This document shows, in pieces, positions 9,469-18,807 of a stretch of DNA of 64,000 bases (positions within the stretch are counted from its first letter, which is position 1; each line of letters begins with the position of its first letter). Where the stretch lies: contig CAVVDA010000005.1 in assembly GCA_963746875.1 (NCBI GenBank), positions 618,729-682,728 of the forward strand, read 5' to 3'. The position numbers and the translations under genes are program-made. The notes beneath the pieces were generated by a model. The model had not been told where the DNA came from, made no database searches, and saw only the letters and a program-made list of their open reading frames with translations. The DNA comes from Thermoanaerobaculia bacterium. GTDB taxonomy: Bacteria > Acidobacteriota > Thermoanaerobaculia > UBA5066.

Positions 9469-11841
9469 ATGCGTTCTCGAAGCGGTCGGGACGCCCAGAG
9501 CGCCGGCCGCTCCTCGCGCGACTCCTCGGAGGTGATTGAGAAGGTCGAGGCCCGCGGGACCGCGGCCCGGTGGCTTCCGGCCGCGGTGTTCGCCGGTGCC
9601 GCCCTGCTGCACTTTGCCGTGTGGGCCGCGATCCCGTTCCAACCCTTCACGATCTACACGCTCGCGGCATCGCTCCGGGCCGCGGGCCGGCTCGAGCCCT
9701 TCCGGGTCCCGGATTTTTCCCCGTTCTACTTCCACTTGCATCTGCTGCTCGCACGTACGGGTCTGTCGTACGCACCGACTCTGCACGCGATCGAGATCCT
9801 CGCCACGTCCCTGACCGCGGCGCTCTTCGCGCGTCTCTGCCTGGAGTTCTTCCCGGTTCGCGTCGCCCTGGCAGGGGGCCTTCTCTTCGTCCTCAGCCCT
9901 GCTCCGCTGCTTCTGTCCCAACTCCTCCTGCCCGAGGTCTGGCGCCTCCTCTTCGATGTTTCGGCTCTTCTCGCGTTCGTCCTGTTCCGCCGGACTCGCC
10001 GGCTTCGGCACGTCATCGCCGCCGCCCTGCTCCTCGGGCTCTCCGCCTCGACGCGTCCCACGGCGCTCGTCCTCGCGGTCGGGCTGGCGGCCGCGCTTCT
10101 GGTCACCGATGGCCTCGAGGGTCTGAGGCCGGCGGCGGTCCTCGTCGCCGGGCCGTTGCTCTTCCTTTCGCTCGTCGCTCTTCGCAACGGGGCGCTGACC
10201 GGCAGTGTGGATTTAACCGTCATGGATCCCGGAGCGGTCTTCTATCTCGGCAACAACCCGTCCAGCCGCGGAACGGTCGCCGATTCCCCGCTCCTGAAGC
10301 AAATGGAGGCGGATGTCGGGGGTCAGCCGGACTACGTGCACGTCCTCTACAAGAGGTTTCCGGCGGTGGCCCTCGGGCGCTCCGTTTCCGCGAGCGAGGC
10401 GAGCGGGTACTGGTCGCGGAAGGCCTTCGCCTTTCTTCGCCGCCACCCGGGCGAGGCTCTCCGGCTCGCCGGGGAGAAGCTCGCCCTCGTTTGCCGCGCC
10501 TGGGAGCCGCCGGACTCCATTCCCGCGTTCGAGCTCGAGCGGAATCTCCGGGCCGCACACGTCCCGCTCCTTCCTTTCTCGCTGCTCGTTTCGCTCGGTG
10601 TCGTCGGTGTGTGGACCCTGCGCCGCCGGGTTGCGGACGTCCTGCCGCTCCTCGCTTGCGGCGCCGCCTGTGCGGCGAGCGTTCTCCTCTTCTACGTCAA
10701 CACCCGGATGCGGGCGCCTCTGCTGCCGTTCGCCGCTTTCTTCGCCTGCGCGGCGCTCGACGCGCTCCGCCGCGGCTTCGCCACCCGCGCGTGGCGCGCG
10801 GTCGCGGCCGGAACTCTCGCGGTCGTGGCTTTCTTCGCTCTCCTTCAGGTTCCGACGGATACGGAGGCGACCCTGCGTCACGGCTTTTTCGCCCAGTACT
10901 CCGCCTCGCTCCTGCGCGCCGAGGCCGCGAATCTGAGGAACCGGGGATCCAGAGAGAGGGCAGCCGCCGTCGTGGCCCGCTCCGTCGCGACCGCTCCGTT
11001 CTCCGCGGAGGAGATGACGCTCGCGAACCTGCCCTATCCCCCCGGAGGGCCGATCGCGGCGTCGCTCGAAGCCGCGCGGGCCGAGGTCGCCGCCGGCACG
11101 GCGACGCGGGACCGCCTCTTCGACCTCGGGATTCTCCTCTACGAAGCTCGCGACCTCGAGGCGGCGCGAAAAGTGTTCGTCGCCCTGGAGACTTCGGGCG
11201 GGCGCTTCGACCGCGGAGGCCGGTGCGCGCCGGCGCCTGCCTTCTACCTCGCGAGGATCGTGGAGCTCGACGGGGGAGAACGGCGGGAGGCGGAGCGTCT
11301 GTTCCGTTCGGCTCTCCGGACGGCCCCGGGGGACGCCGCGACGCTCGCACACCTGAGCGTCCTCTGCGAGGAGTCCCGCCGCCCGGCAGAGGCGGCGGCC
11401 CTTCGTGAGGAGCTCTTCGCCGAGAGGCCCGACGTCGACGCGGCTTTTACGCTCGGGCGGGCCTGCCTCGAGCGCGGCGATGCCAGGGAGGCCGCGCTCT
11501 GGCACGGCCGCGTCGCGCGGTGGCTCCCGGACTTCCGCCGCGCGCGTCTCTATGCCGCGGCCGCGTTTTCCGGCGCCGGCGACGTCGCGAGCGCGGTCTC
11601 GCACGCGGAAGAGGCCTTTTCGCTCCGGGAGGACCCCATCGGACTGGAAGCGTTCATCCTCCCTGCTTACGAGCAGGCGGCGCGGAACGAACCTGGCTCG
11701 GCCGCCGCGCGCTTTCGTCTCGGCCGGGCGCTGCGCCGTTACGGACGCTTCATGGAAGCTCGCGAACGATACCGCGAAGCCCTGCTCCTGGATCCGGCCT
11801 TCCAGCCGGCGCGCCGCGAGCTCTCGATCCTCGATCGCTGA
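9469..11841 (+). CDS. Polytopic GT-C (PMT/ArnT-like) glycosyltransferase with C-terminal TPR repeats
   Basis: Many hydrophobic helices, motifs LLPE, STRPT, GAVFYLGNNP and RMRAPLLP. TPR-like tail (ARFRLGRALRRYGRFMEARERYREALLLDP). Start position uncertain. Confidence 0.75.
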   Translation: MRSRSGRDAQSAGRSSRDSSEVIEKVEARGTAARWLPAAVFAGAALLHFAVWAAIPFQPFTIYTLAASLRAAGRLEPFRVPDFSPFYFHLHLLLARTGLSYAPTLHAIEILATSLTAALFARLCLEFFPVRVALAGGLLFVLSPAPLLLSQLLLPEVWRLLFDVSALLAFVLFRRTRRLRHVIAAALLLGLSASTRPTALVLAVGLAAALLVTDGLEGLRPAAVLVAGPLLFLSLVALRNGALTGSVDLTVMDPGAVFYLGNNPSSRGTVADSPLLKQMEADVGGQPDYVHVLYKRFPAVALGRSVSASEASGYWSRKAFAFLRRHPGEALRLAGEKLALVCRAWEPPDSIPAFELERNLRAAHVPLLPFSLLVSLGVVGVWTLRRRVADVLPLLACGAACAASVLLFYVNTRMRAPLLPFAAFFACAALDALRRGFATRAWRAVAAGTLAVVAFFALLQVPTDTEATLRHGFFAQYSASLLRAEAANLRNRGSRERAAAVVARSVATAPFSAEEMTLANLPYPPGGPIAASLEAARAEVAAGTATRDRLFDLGILLYEARDLEAARKVFVALETSGGRFDRGGRCAPAPAFYLARIVELDGGERREAERLFRSALRTAPGDAATLAHLSVLCEESRRPAEAAALREELFAERPDVDAAFTLGRACLERGDAREAALWHGRVARWLPDFRRARLYAAAAFSGAGDVASAVSHAEEAFSLREDPIGLEAFILPAYEQAARNEPGSAAARFRLGRALRRYGRFMEARERYREALLLDPAFQPARRELSILDR

Positions 11842-11896
11842 GGACGCGGAATCCGCTCGAGAAATTGATAGGCGCCGTTCGGCCGGGCCGGTTTGG

Positions 11897-12677
11897 TCAG
11901 AACTTGTAGACGAAGGCCGCGATGAGCGCCGTGTCGGTTTTCTTGAGCGTGTCCGGATTGGGCCTGTTCTTGACGTCGACGAGGTACATGATTTTCAGCT
12001 CGGACCTCTTCGAGAGGGAGGCCGCGACACCCATCTCGAAGTGATAGAAGGCGTCCGAGACGCGCGCTCGTCTTCCAGAGGCCGCTCGCCTTCTCGGTGA
12101 ACGTCGCGAGCGGGGAGATCCTCCAGAGGAAGCTCTGGCCAACCGCGAACGCCCCGCTGTTGCTCGGGTCGTATCCGCTGTCCTTCTCGAACGCGCCGCC
12201 GATCGAGACGTCGACGCCCAGCTCGAGGTTCTTCTGCTTTATGAAGTAATAGCCGCCGCCGGCCATCGGGGTGAAGAGGTACACGATGTTCTTGAACTTG
12301 TCGCGCTGATAGCCGACCTGCGCGAAGGCGTAGATCCGGTCGGTCAGGGCGTACTCGTAGCGCAGGGACCCGGCGGCCTTGTCGGTCGTGGCGTCGCCGT
12401 TCGTGGTCGAGCGCAGGTAGAAGGCATCGGCCTTGAACACGCCGTGCGTCTTCGGGTCGTAGACGAGGTTGAAGGCGACGTTGAAGGCGCTCGTGTCCGT
12501 GTTGCCGCTCGTCATCGAGAGTCCCGCGCTCAGCGAGCCCGTCAGCGGCGGGGGAGGCGGCTCGGGGCAGGGGCACGGGCAGACGCACGGCGGCGGCGCG
12601 ACGGCCTGCTGTGCGAGGGCGGGCGCGGCCACGAGAAGGGCGAGGAGCGTGGGGTGGAGGAGCTTCTTGGAGTTCAT
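11897..12677 (-). CDS. DUF481/YdiY-family outer-membrane beta-barrel; frameshift near 12065
   Basis: Signal peptide, GSLSAGLSMTSGNTDT, YQRDKFKN. Ends in the aromatic beta-signal ...ALIAAFVYKF after the frame change. Confidence 0.8.
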
Positions 12678-12738
12678 CGGCCTCGAACCTCCGTGGAAAG
12701 AATAAAAAAAATAAATCTGTTCTTGTTGGGAATCGTGA

Positions 12739-13140
12739 CTATTTCTTGAGAAGGTCTCGAATCTCGGTGAGGAGCTCCTGATCTTTCGTGGGTCCGGCCG
12801 GGGCGGGGGCGGGAGCTTTGAAGCGGTTCGCCTGCTTCACGACGAGGAAGATCACGAAACCCACGATCAAAAAGTCGAGGATGGCGTTGAAAAAGATGCC
12901 GTAATTGAGGGTCGGGAGACCGGCCGCCTTCGCCGCCGCGAGTGTCTCGGCCGGTTTTCCGGAGAGGTTGATGAAGAGGTTGGAGAAATCGACCTTTCCC
13001 AGCATCAGCCCGACGGGCGGCATGAGAACGTCGCTCGTGAACGACGCCACGATCTTTCCGAACGCGGCCCCGATGATGACCCCGACGGCGAGATCGAGAA
13101 CGTTGCCCTTGCTGATGAATTCCTTGAATTCCTTGATCAT
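12739..13140 (-). CDS. mscL: Large-conductance mechanosensitive channel
   Basis: [31 protein letters not shown]...[11 protein letters not shown]; AGGAG RBS. Confidence 0.97.
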   Translation of the reverse strand: MIKEFKEFISKGNVLDLAVGVIIGAAFGKIVASFTSDVLMPPVGLMLGKVDFSNLFINLSGKPAETLAAAKAAGLPTLNYGIFFNAILDFLIVGFVIFLVVKQANRFKAPAPAPAGPTKDQELLTEIRDLLKK

Positions 13141-13196
13141 GAGTGCTCCTGTCATGGGATCGCAAACTTCCCGAGATCAGTCGCAAAATATACGAG

Positions 13197-13601
13197 ATGG
13201 GCGTGAACGCAAGCGCGGTGCCCGACAAACGCTCTTATACGCTCGTCTACGACGGAGACTGCCGATTCTGTGTCCGGTCCGTGGACCTCGTCGCCTCGTG
13301 GGACCGGGAAGGCGAGGTCGAGCTCGTCCCTCTCCAGCGCGGCGGTCTCGACGAGCGCTTCCCCTGGATCCCGAAAGGCGCGTACCGCGAGGCCATGCAG
13401 CTCATCGGTCCCGGCAACGAGACCTGGAGCGGCGCCGCCGCGGCCGAGCGCCTCGCGAAGATCCTCCCGGGGGGGCGCCCGCTGGGATGCCTTTTCGCGC
13501 TGCCCTTCGCGCGGCCGGTCGCCGACCGCGTCTACCGCCTCGTGGCGCGCAACCGCTTCCGGCTCGGCTGCGGAGCGCACTGCACGCGGCCGGGCCGATG
13601 A
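13197..13601 (+). CDS. DCC1-like thiol-disulfide oxidoreductase (DUF393)
   Basis: LVYDGDCRFC (DxxCxxC) and YRLVARNRFRL motifs. Confidence 0.88.
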   Translation: MGVNASAVPDKRSYTLVYDGDCRFCVRSVDLVASWDREGEVELVPLQRGGLDERFPWIPKGAYREAMQLIGPGNETWSGAAAAERLAKILPGGRPLGCLFALPFARPVADRVYRLVARNRFRLGCGAHCTRPGR

Positions 13602-13604
13602 CCG

Positions 13605-14327
13605 TCATTCCGGGAGGATGACCTCCGTCCGGCGGTTCAGGGCGCGCCCCTCGGCCGTGGCGTTCGAGGCGACCTCGAACTGCTTGCCGAAGCCCTGTGT
13701 CTTGAGGCGGGCGGCGTCCACGTTGTGACTCACGAGGAAGGTCCGCACGCTCTCGGCGCGCTGGAGCGAGAGCCTGTCGTTCAAGGCGTCGCTGCCGGTC
13801 GCGTCGGTGTAGCCGCAGACGTAGACGGCGGCCTTTGGAAAGTACTGATTCAGGATCTCGGCCTGCCTCACGAGCACGGGGAGCGCGTCCGGCTTGAGGT
13901 CGGCCTTGGACGAATCGAAACAGACCTTCTCGGCGTACTCGAAGATGAGGATGCGCGTCAGGCCGAGCTTCTTCGCGATGGGCGAGATGCCTCCCTTGCC
14001 CAGGCGGAAGATGACCTGGGCCTGATCGGGCGAGAGGGTGCGGATGCGCTTTTCGATGACTTCGAGATCGGCGCTCGTCGCGGTGATCGAAGAGACGTCC
14101 TCGAAGGTACTCACTCTGAGGGATTGTGGCGTCTCCCCGACGACGTTTCCCTTGTAGGAGACGGTGGCTTTCTCGGGCTCGGAAAGGACGTCGACCGCCA
14201 TCTTCATCTCGACCTTCGGTTCGACCTTTGGTTCGACCTTCGGTTCGACGGTGTGCGCGCAGCCCGCGAGGAGCGCGGCGAAGGCGATCGGGAGCGCGAG
14301 GCGATCAGCCGCTCCGATCACGCTCAT
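13605..14327 (-). CDS. OmpA-family lipoprotein, paralog 2
   Basis: Lipobox LAGC, OmpA C-domain (GYTDATGS...NDRLSLQRAESV...GRALNRR). ATGA overlap with paralog 1. Confidence 0.88.
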   Translation of the reverse strand: MSVIGAADRLALPIAFAALLAGCAHTVEPKVEPKVEPKVEMKMAVDVLSEPEKATVSYKGNVVGETPQSLRVSTFEDVSSITATSADLEVIEKRIRTLSPDQAQVIFRLGKGGISPIAKKLGLTRILIFEYAEKVCFDSSKADLKPDALPVLVRQAEILNQYFPKAAVYVCGYTDATGSDALNDRLSLQRAESVRTFLVSHNVDAARLKTQGFGKQFEVASNATAEGRALNRRTEVILPE

Positions 14328-15001
14328 TCCGGGAGAATGACCTCCGTCCGGCGATTCAGGGCGCGCCCCTCGGCCGTGGCGTTCGACGAGACCTCGAACT
14401 GCTTGCCGAAGCCCTGCGTCTTGATGCGCGGGGCGTCCACCTTCTGGTTCACGAGGAAATTCCGCACGGCTTCGGCGCGCTGGAGCGAGAGCTTGTCGTT
14501 GAAGGCGTCGCTGCCGGTCGAGTCCGTGTAGCCGCAGACGTAGACGGCGGCCTTGGGGAAGTACTGATTCAGGATCTCCGCCTGCCTCGCGAGCACGGGG
14601 AGCGCGTCCGGCTTGAGGTCGGACTTGGCCGAATCGAAGCAGACCTTCTCGGCGTACTCGAACACGAGAATGCGCGTCAGCCCGAGCTTCTTCGCGATGG
14701 GGGAGATGCCCCCCTTTCCAAGGCGGAAGATGACCTGGGCCTGATCGGGCGAGACGATGCGGATGCGCTTTTCGACGACTTCGAGATCGGCGCTCGTCGC
14801 GGTGATCGACGAGATGTCCTCGAAGGTTTTCACGCTGAGCGATTTCGGCGTCTCCCCGATGACCTTCCCTTTGTACGAGACCGTGGCTTTCTCGGGCTCG
14901 GAAAGGACGTCGACCGCCATCTTCATCTCGACGCCGTGCGTGCAGCCCGCGAGCAGGGCGGCGAAGGCGATCGGGAGCGCGAGTTGAACGGGTCTCTTCA
15001 T
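14324..15001 (-). CDS. OmpA-family lipoprotein, paralog 1
   Basis: Lipobox LAGC, GYTDSTGS...LSLQRAEAV...GRALNRRTEV. Confidence 0.9.
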   Translation of the reverse strand: MKRPVQLALPIAFAALLAGCTHGVEMKMAVDVLSEPEKATVSYKGKVIGETPKSLSVKTFEDISSITATSADLEVVEKRIRIVSPDQAQVIFRLGKGGISPIAKKLGLTRILVFEYAEKVCFDSAKSDLKPDALPVLARQAEILNQYFPKAAVYVCGYTDSTGSDAFNDKLSLQRAEAVRNFLVNQKVDAPRIKTQGFGKQFEVSSNATAEGRALNRRTEVILPE

Positions 15002-15047
15002 GAGCGGCCTCCCTCGAGGGGCGCATTATCCGACGGTTCGGGGACGG

Positions 15048-16712
15048 TCAAAAGTGAATCGAGAGGCCGAACCGGCCTTCGACGGGCCGGCCCTGCTCGT
15101 CCCGCGCGGGGCGGAACCGGTACCTCGAGAGGGCCTCGAGAGCGAGCGCGTCGCACGCCGGGGAGACAGGCGAGATGACGTGGCGGCTCTTCAGGCCGCC
15201 GTCCTCTCCTATGACGACCGAAACCCCGACGACCTGGCCGCCGCACTCGCGCTCCTGCGCGGGGGACAGCGCGATCCTGATCTCTTCCTCGACGTCCGGT
15301 TTCGTCACCGCGCGGCGGGGGACGGGTACGGGCGGAGCGGTGCGGACGGGGCCGGAAGCGCGTGCGCGGGTGGGGACCTCGCGGGCGACACGGGCGGGCG
15401 TCGGAGCGGCCGTCGCCTCCGCTGCCGGAAGGGGCGTGGGCACGGTCAGCAACGCCGCCGGCGTCGGCTCCTCGACGCGAGTGGGAACGGCGGTCGGGGC
15501 GGGCGGCGGAGCCGCCGGTGTCATCGCCGGACGCGGCTCGGGAACGACGTCCGGGCCCCGTCCGCGCGTCAGGAAGTAACCGCCCGCCGCGAGGCCGAGG
15601 AGCACCAGGATGCCGGCCGCCGCAGCCGGCCGGAGCCGTGCCGGGCGCCGGATCGGGGCGAGAGCCTCGGGCGCGAGGGACGCCGGGGCAGGAGATACCG
15701 GGACGGCGGTCCGCGGGGTCGGAGCCCGCTCGACCGCAGGCTCGCGCCGCGTCTCCGGAGCGGGCCGCTTGAGCGGCGGCGCGGGTACGGGCGCGACGGC
15801 CGGGACCGCGGGGAGCGCGGCCGTGGGCCGCTCGCTGGAGGAGAGGCGCGAGCGCGTCGTGTACGGGTGGACTTCGGCGAGAAAAGCCTCGAGGTCCTCC
15901 CGCATCTCGGCGGCCGTCGCGTAGCGCTCCTCCCGGTCGCGCGCCAGGGAGCGGTGAACGATGCGTTCGAGCTCGGGGTGGACGCCCTCGCGCCGGCCGG
16001 AGAGCGGCGGCGCGTCCTCGGTCAGGCGCCGCGCGAGAGCCGACATGTTCTCCGTGCGGTACGGGGTGATCCCCGCGAGCATCTGGTACAGCGTGACGCC
16101 GAGCGAGTAGACGTCGGTGCGCCCGTCGAGCGGCTGGCCCCGGAGCTGTTCGGGCGAGAGATAGGCCGGCGACCCGAGAATGAACCCCGTCTGCGTCTTC
16201 ACGAGGTTGTCGCCCGTCTTCGCGATGCCGAAGTCCATGAGGAACGGCCGCCCGCTCTTGTCGAGGAGGACGTTGTCGGGCTTGATGTCGCGGTGGATGA
16301 TCCCGCGCGCGTGGCTGTAGTCGAGCGCGTCGAGAAGGGGAACGACGATCCGCGCGGCGGTCTCCTCGTCGAGGGCGCCGCGCCTCTCGAGCTCGCCCGT
16401 GAGCGTCGGCCCCTCCACGAACTGCATCGAGTACCAGAGCGTGCCCTCGACGTGCCCGAAATCGTAGATCTTCACGATGCTCGGGTGCTCGAGCGAGGCC
16501 GCGACGCGCGCCTCCTGGCGGAAGCGCCGCGCGAACTCGGAGCCCTCGACGTGCGTTTCGAGCAGCACTTTCAGGGCCTCGAGTCGCTGCAGGCTCGCGC
16601 TCCTGACCTGATACACGGACGCGAACCCGCCGCGTCCCAGGAAACCGAGGAACTCGTAGCGGCCGGCGAGGAGCTTCTCGACCGCCCGGCCGCGTTCGTC
16701 GACGGGCTGCAC
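15048..16712 (-). CDS. Hanks-type Ser/Thr kinase with a TM helix, Pro-rich linker and TonB C-terminal-like domain
   Basis: GRGGFASVY, ALK, HRDIKPDN, DFGIAK, GSPAYLSPE; TM GILVLLGLAAGGYFL; C-terminus VGVSVVIGEDG...ALEALSRYRFRPA. Confidence 0.92.
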   Translation of the reverse strand: MQPVDERGRAVEKLLAGRYEFLGFLGRGGFASVYQVRSASLQRLEALKVLLETHVEGSEFARRFRQEARVAASLEHPSIVKIYDFGHVEGTLWYSMQFVEGPTLTGELERRGALDEETAARIVVPLLDALDYSHARGIIHRDIKPDNVLLDKSGRPFLMDFGIAKTGDNLVKTQTGFILGSPAYLSPEQLRGQPLDGRTDVYSLGVTLYQMLAGITPYRTENMSALARRLTEDAPPLSGRREGVHPELERIVHRSLARDREERYATAAEMREDLEAFLAEVHPYTTRSRLSSSERPTAALPAVPAVAPVPAPPLKRPAPETRREPAVERAPTPRTAVPVSPAPASLAPEALAPIRRPARLRPAAAAGILVLLGLAAGGYFLTRGRGPDVVPEPRPAMTPAAPPPAPTAVPTRVEEPTPAALLTVPTPLPAAEATAAPTPARVAREVPTRARASGPVRTAPPVPVPRRAVTKPDVEEEIRIALSPAQERECGGQVVGVSVVIGEDGGLKSRHVISPVSPACDALALEALSRYRFRPARDEQGRPVEGRFGLSIHF

Positions 16713-16773
16713 ACCGCATGGTAACGCCTGGAACGCGGCGTCGTCAGGCCGCGGACGGCGGCCCGGAAAGGTC

Positions 16774-17053
16774 TCAGGCGGGCCGGGGCTTGCGCGGGCG
16801 GGAGAAGCCGACGACGCCGGCGAGCGGGGTGTCCGCGTTGCGCCGGCGGCCGAAGAACGACGTCGACTCGCGCCGGATGAGGATCGTCACGACGACCGCC
16901 AGGATCCAGGGCACGAGCATGAAGAGGCCGACGAGCGGCCAGATGTTCGGGATCCTTCGGCGAACCCGAGGCCGCGCACGACGGGCACGCCGTCGCCGCG
17001 CGCGCGAGGAGCGCCCCGGCGGCAAGGAGAGCGGTGCGGGCGGCCGTCCTCAT
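16774..17053 (-). CDS. Small membrane protein at the end of the oxidase operon (CPxC motif); frameshifted
   Basis: MRTAARTALLAAGALLARAATACPSCA joins IPNIWPLVGLFMLVPWILAVVVTILIRR in another frame. Confidence 0.5.
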
Positions 17054-17060
17054 GCGCGGC

Positions 17061-17418
17061 TCAGTGGTGAACCCATGGCACGGGCACGCCCCGCAGGAGA
17101 TTGAACGCGTCGAGCAGGAGGAAGACCGCATAGAAGCCGGCGAGGGGAAGGGGCAGGAACGCGAGCCACAGGAGCGAGCGCTTTTCGTACTTCAGGTGCA
17201 TGTAGTACAGGCCCACGAAAGAGGCCTTCGACAGCGCGAGCGCGATCATGACGGCCGAGATGATCCGCTTGTCGATCTTCATGTAGGAGACGCGCGACCT
17301 CGACGATCGTGAGGACGAGGAGCACCCAGAAGATGCGGAAATAGTCGCGCCGGTGATCGGGGCCCGGCTGGGCGCCGACGTCCGCCGCGTGGGGAGCCGA
17401 GGTTGCGTGCTCGCTCAT
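17061..17418 (-). CDS. Heme-copper oxidase subunit IV family protein; frameshift near 17290
   Basis: YFRIFWVLLVLTIVEV plus ALSKASFVGLYYMHLKYE. Confidence 0.85.
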
Positions 17419-17429
17419 GTCGTGCTCTC

Positions 17430-18044
17430 TCAGGGAATGAGGTAGACGAGGGTGAAGACGAGGATCCAGATGAGGTCGACGAAGTGCCAGAAGAGGCCCG
17501 TGATCTCGACGAAATTCGCGCCGTTCTCGAGGTGCTTCCCGCGCGAAACGCCGAATGCCGTGATGAGCAGGTAGCACACGCCCGTGAAGACGTGCCCGCC
17601 GTGGAAGCTCGTGATGACGTAGAACGTCGCGGGAAAGTTGCCGGAGGGAAGCGTGAAGCCCTCGTGGATGAGATGCCGGTACTCGTAGACCTGTCCGCAC
17701 AGGAAGAAGACGCCGCCGGACGCCGTCGCGAGGAGCCAGCGCACAGCCCCCTTCACGTTCCCGTGCTTGGCCGCGTCGAGCGCGAGCACCATCGTGAGGC
17801 TGCTCACGATGAGGACGAAGGTCATGACCGCCGTGAAGGGGATCCCGAGGACGCTCGTGGGGGTGGGCCACTGCGGGTTGCCGGCGCGGATGATCCCGTA
17901 GGCGAGGAGGAGCCCGCCGAACGTCATCGCGTCCGTGACGAGGAAGATCCACATGCCGACCTTGCCCGTCGTCGCCGGGCCGAACGTGGGAGTCGTCAGC
18001 GGAGCCGGGGCGGGAGCGTACGAGGCCTCGGGGCGAGAGCTCAT
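17430..18044 (-). CDS. Cytochrome c oxidase subunit III family (copy 2)
   Basis: GMWIFLVTDAMTF, TSFHGGHV, FWHFVDLIW. Confidence 0.92.
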   Translation of the reverse strand: MSSRPEASYAPAPAPLTTPTFGPATTGKVGMWIFLVTDAMTFGGLLLAYGIIRAGNPQWPTPTSVLGIPFTAVMTFVLIVSSLTMVLALDAAKHGNVKGAVRWLLATASGGVFFLCGQVYEYRHLIHEGFTLPSGNFPATFYVITSFHGGHVFTGVCYLLITAFGVSRGKHLENGANFVEITGLFWHFVDLIWILVFTLVYLIP

Positions 18045-18761
18045 TCAGAGTCCTTCCATGTTCACGAGGAGTCCGGTGTCGCGCATCATGAGGTCGATCT
18101 CGCCGGGGGACGGCGCGCCGAGGCGGCGCATGCGGCCGCGCGCGTCGAGGAGGAGGAGACGGCCCGCGAGCGTGCCGCCTTCGGGCGCACGAAGCGCCCT
18201 CAACGTGGCGGCCTCGAGGGGCTTGACGTCGCCTCCCGCGAGAGTCCAGCGCCATGCGCCCGCCCCGGCGCCCTTCGCGAGCGCGGCGAGGGTCGGGCCG
18301 GCCGGGGAAGGCCGCGTCGTGTCGACGAAGCTGACGAGACGAACCGCTTCACCCGTGTTGCGCACGCGCCGCTGGAGCTTCGCGAGCGGCGAGCCGCCTT
18401 CCGCGAGCGCGGCGGCCGTCGTGAACTCGACGACGACGAGGTGCCCGCGGAGGTCGGTCTCGCGAACGGGGTTGCCGGCCTGGTCCACGAGCGCGAATGC
18501 CGGGAACGAGCCGAGCACGGGCGGCGCGGGCGGCAGCGCCCGGCGCACCGAGCGCACGAGAGGCAGCGCGAACGCGGCCGCGACGAACACCACCCAGAAC
18601 AACTTGCTGCCCGTCACGCGCGCCGCGGCGCGCTGGAGAATGGAAGAGGAAGAGGAAGAAATAGAGGAAGAGTTCTTAGAAGGGGAAGAGGGGAGACGCG
18701 CGGCTCCGCCGGACAGCGACGATGCTGCGGAAACGGCACGGGTGAAAAGAGGTTCGGTCAT
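18045..18761 (-). CDS. SCO1/SenC-like thioredoxin-fold protein lacking CxxxC
   Basis: TM anchor, then FALVDQAGNPVRETDLRGHLVVVEF and LLLLDARGRMR. No Cys in the ORF. The true start may be downstream (GTG at 18617). Confidence 0.7.
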   Translation of the reverse strand: MTEPLFTRAVSAASSLSGGAARLPSSPSKNSSSISSSSSSILQRAAARVTGSKLFWVVFVAAAFALPLVRSVRRALPPAPPVLGSFPAFALVDQAGNPVRETDLRGHLVVVEFTTAAALAEGGSPLAKLQRRVRNTGEAVRLVSFVDTTRPSPAGPTLAALAKGAGAGAWRWTLAGGDVKPLEAATLRALRAPEGGTLAGRLLLLDARGRMRRLGAPSPGEIDLMMRDTGLLVNMEGL

Positions 18762-18807
18762 CCTGCTCGAATTACCTTCTAAGAATCTTCTCTTTTGTTT
18801 CTTTCCT

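Larger units (their letters stand above)
13605..15001 (-). repeat. Tandem gene duplication (two OmpA paralogs)
   Basis: Long identical DNA tracts between 13605-14327 and 14324-15001. Copy 2 carries an extra 12-bp unit three times (VEPK) at about 14210-14250. Confidence 0.9.

Noticed and set aside
12690-12738. AT-rich tract with an A run between mscL and the DUF481 gene
   Set aside because: There is no stem-loop before the T-tract and no clear promoter spacing, so it looks like an ordinary spacer.
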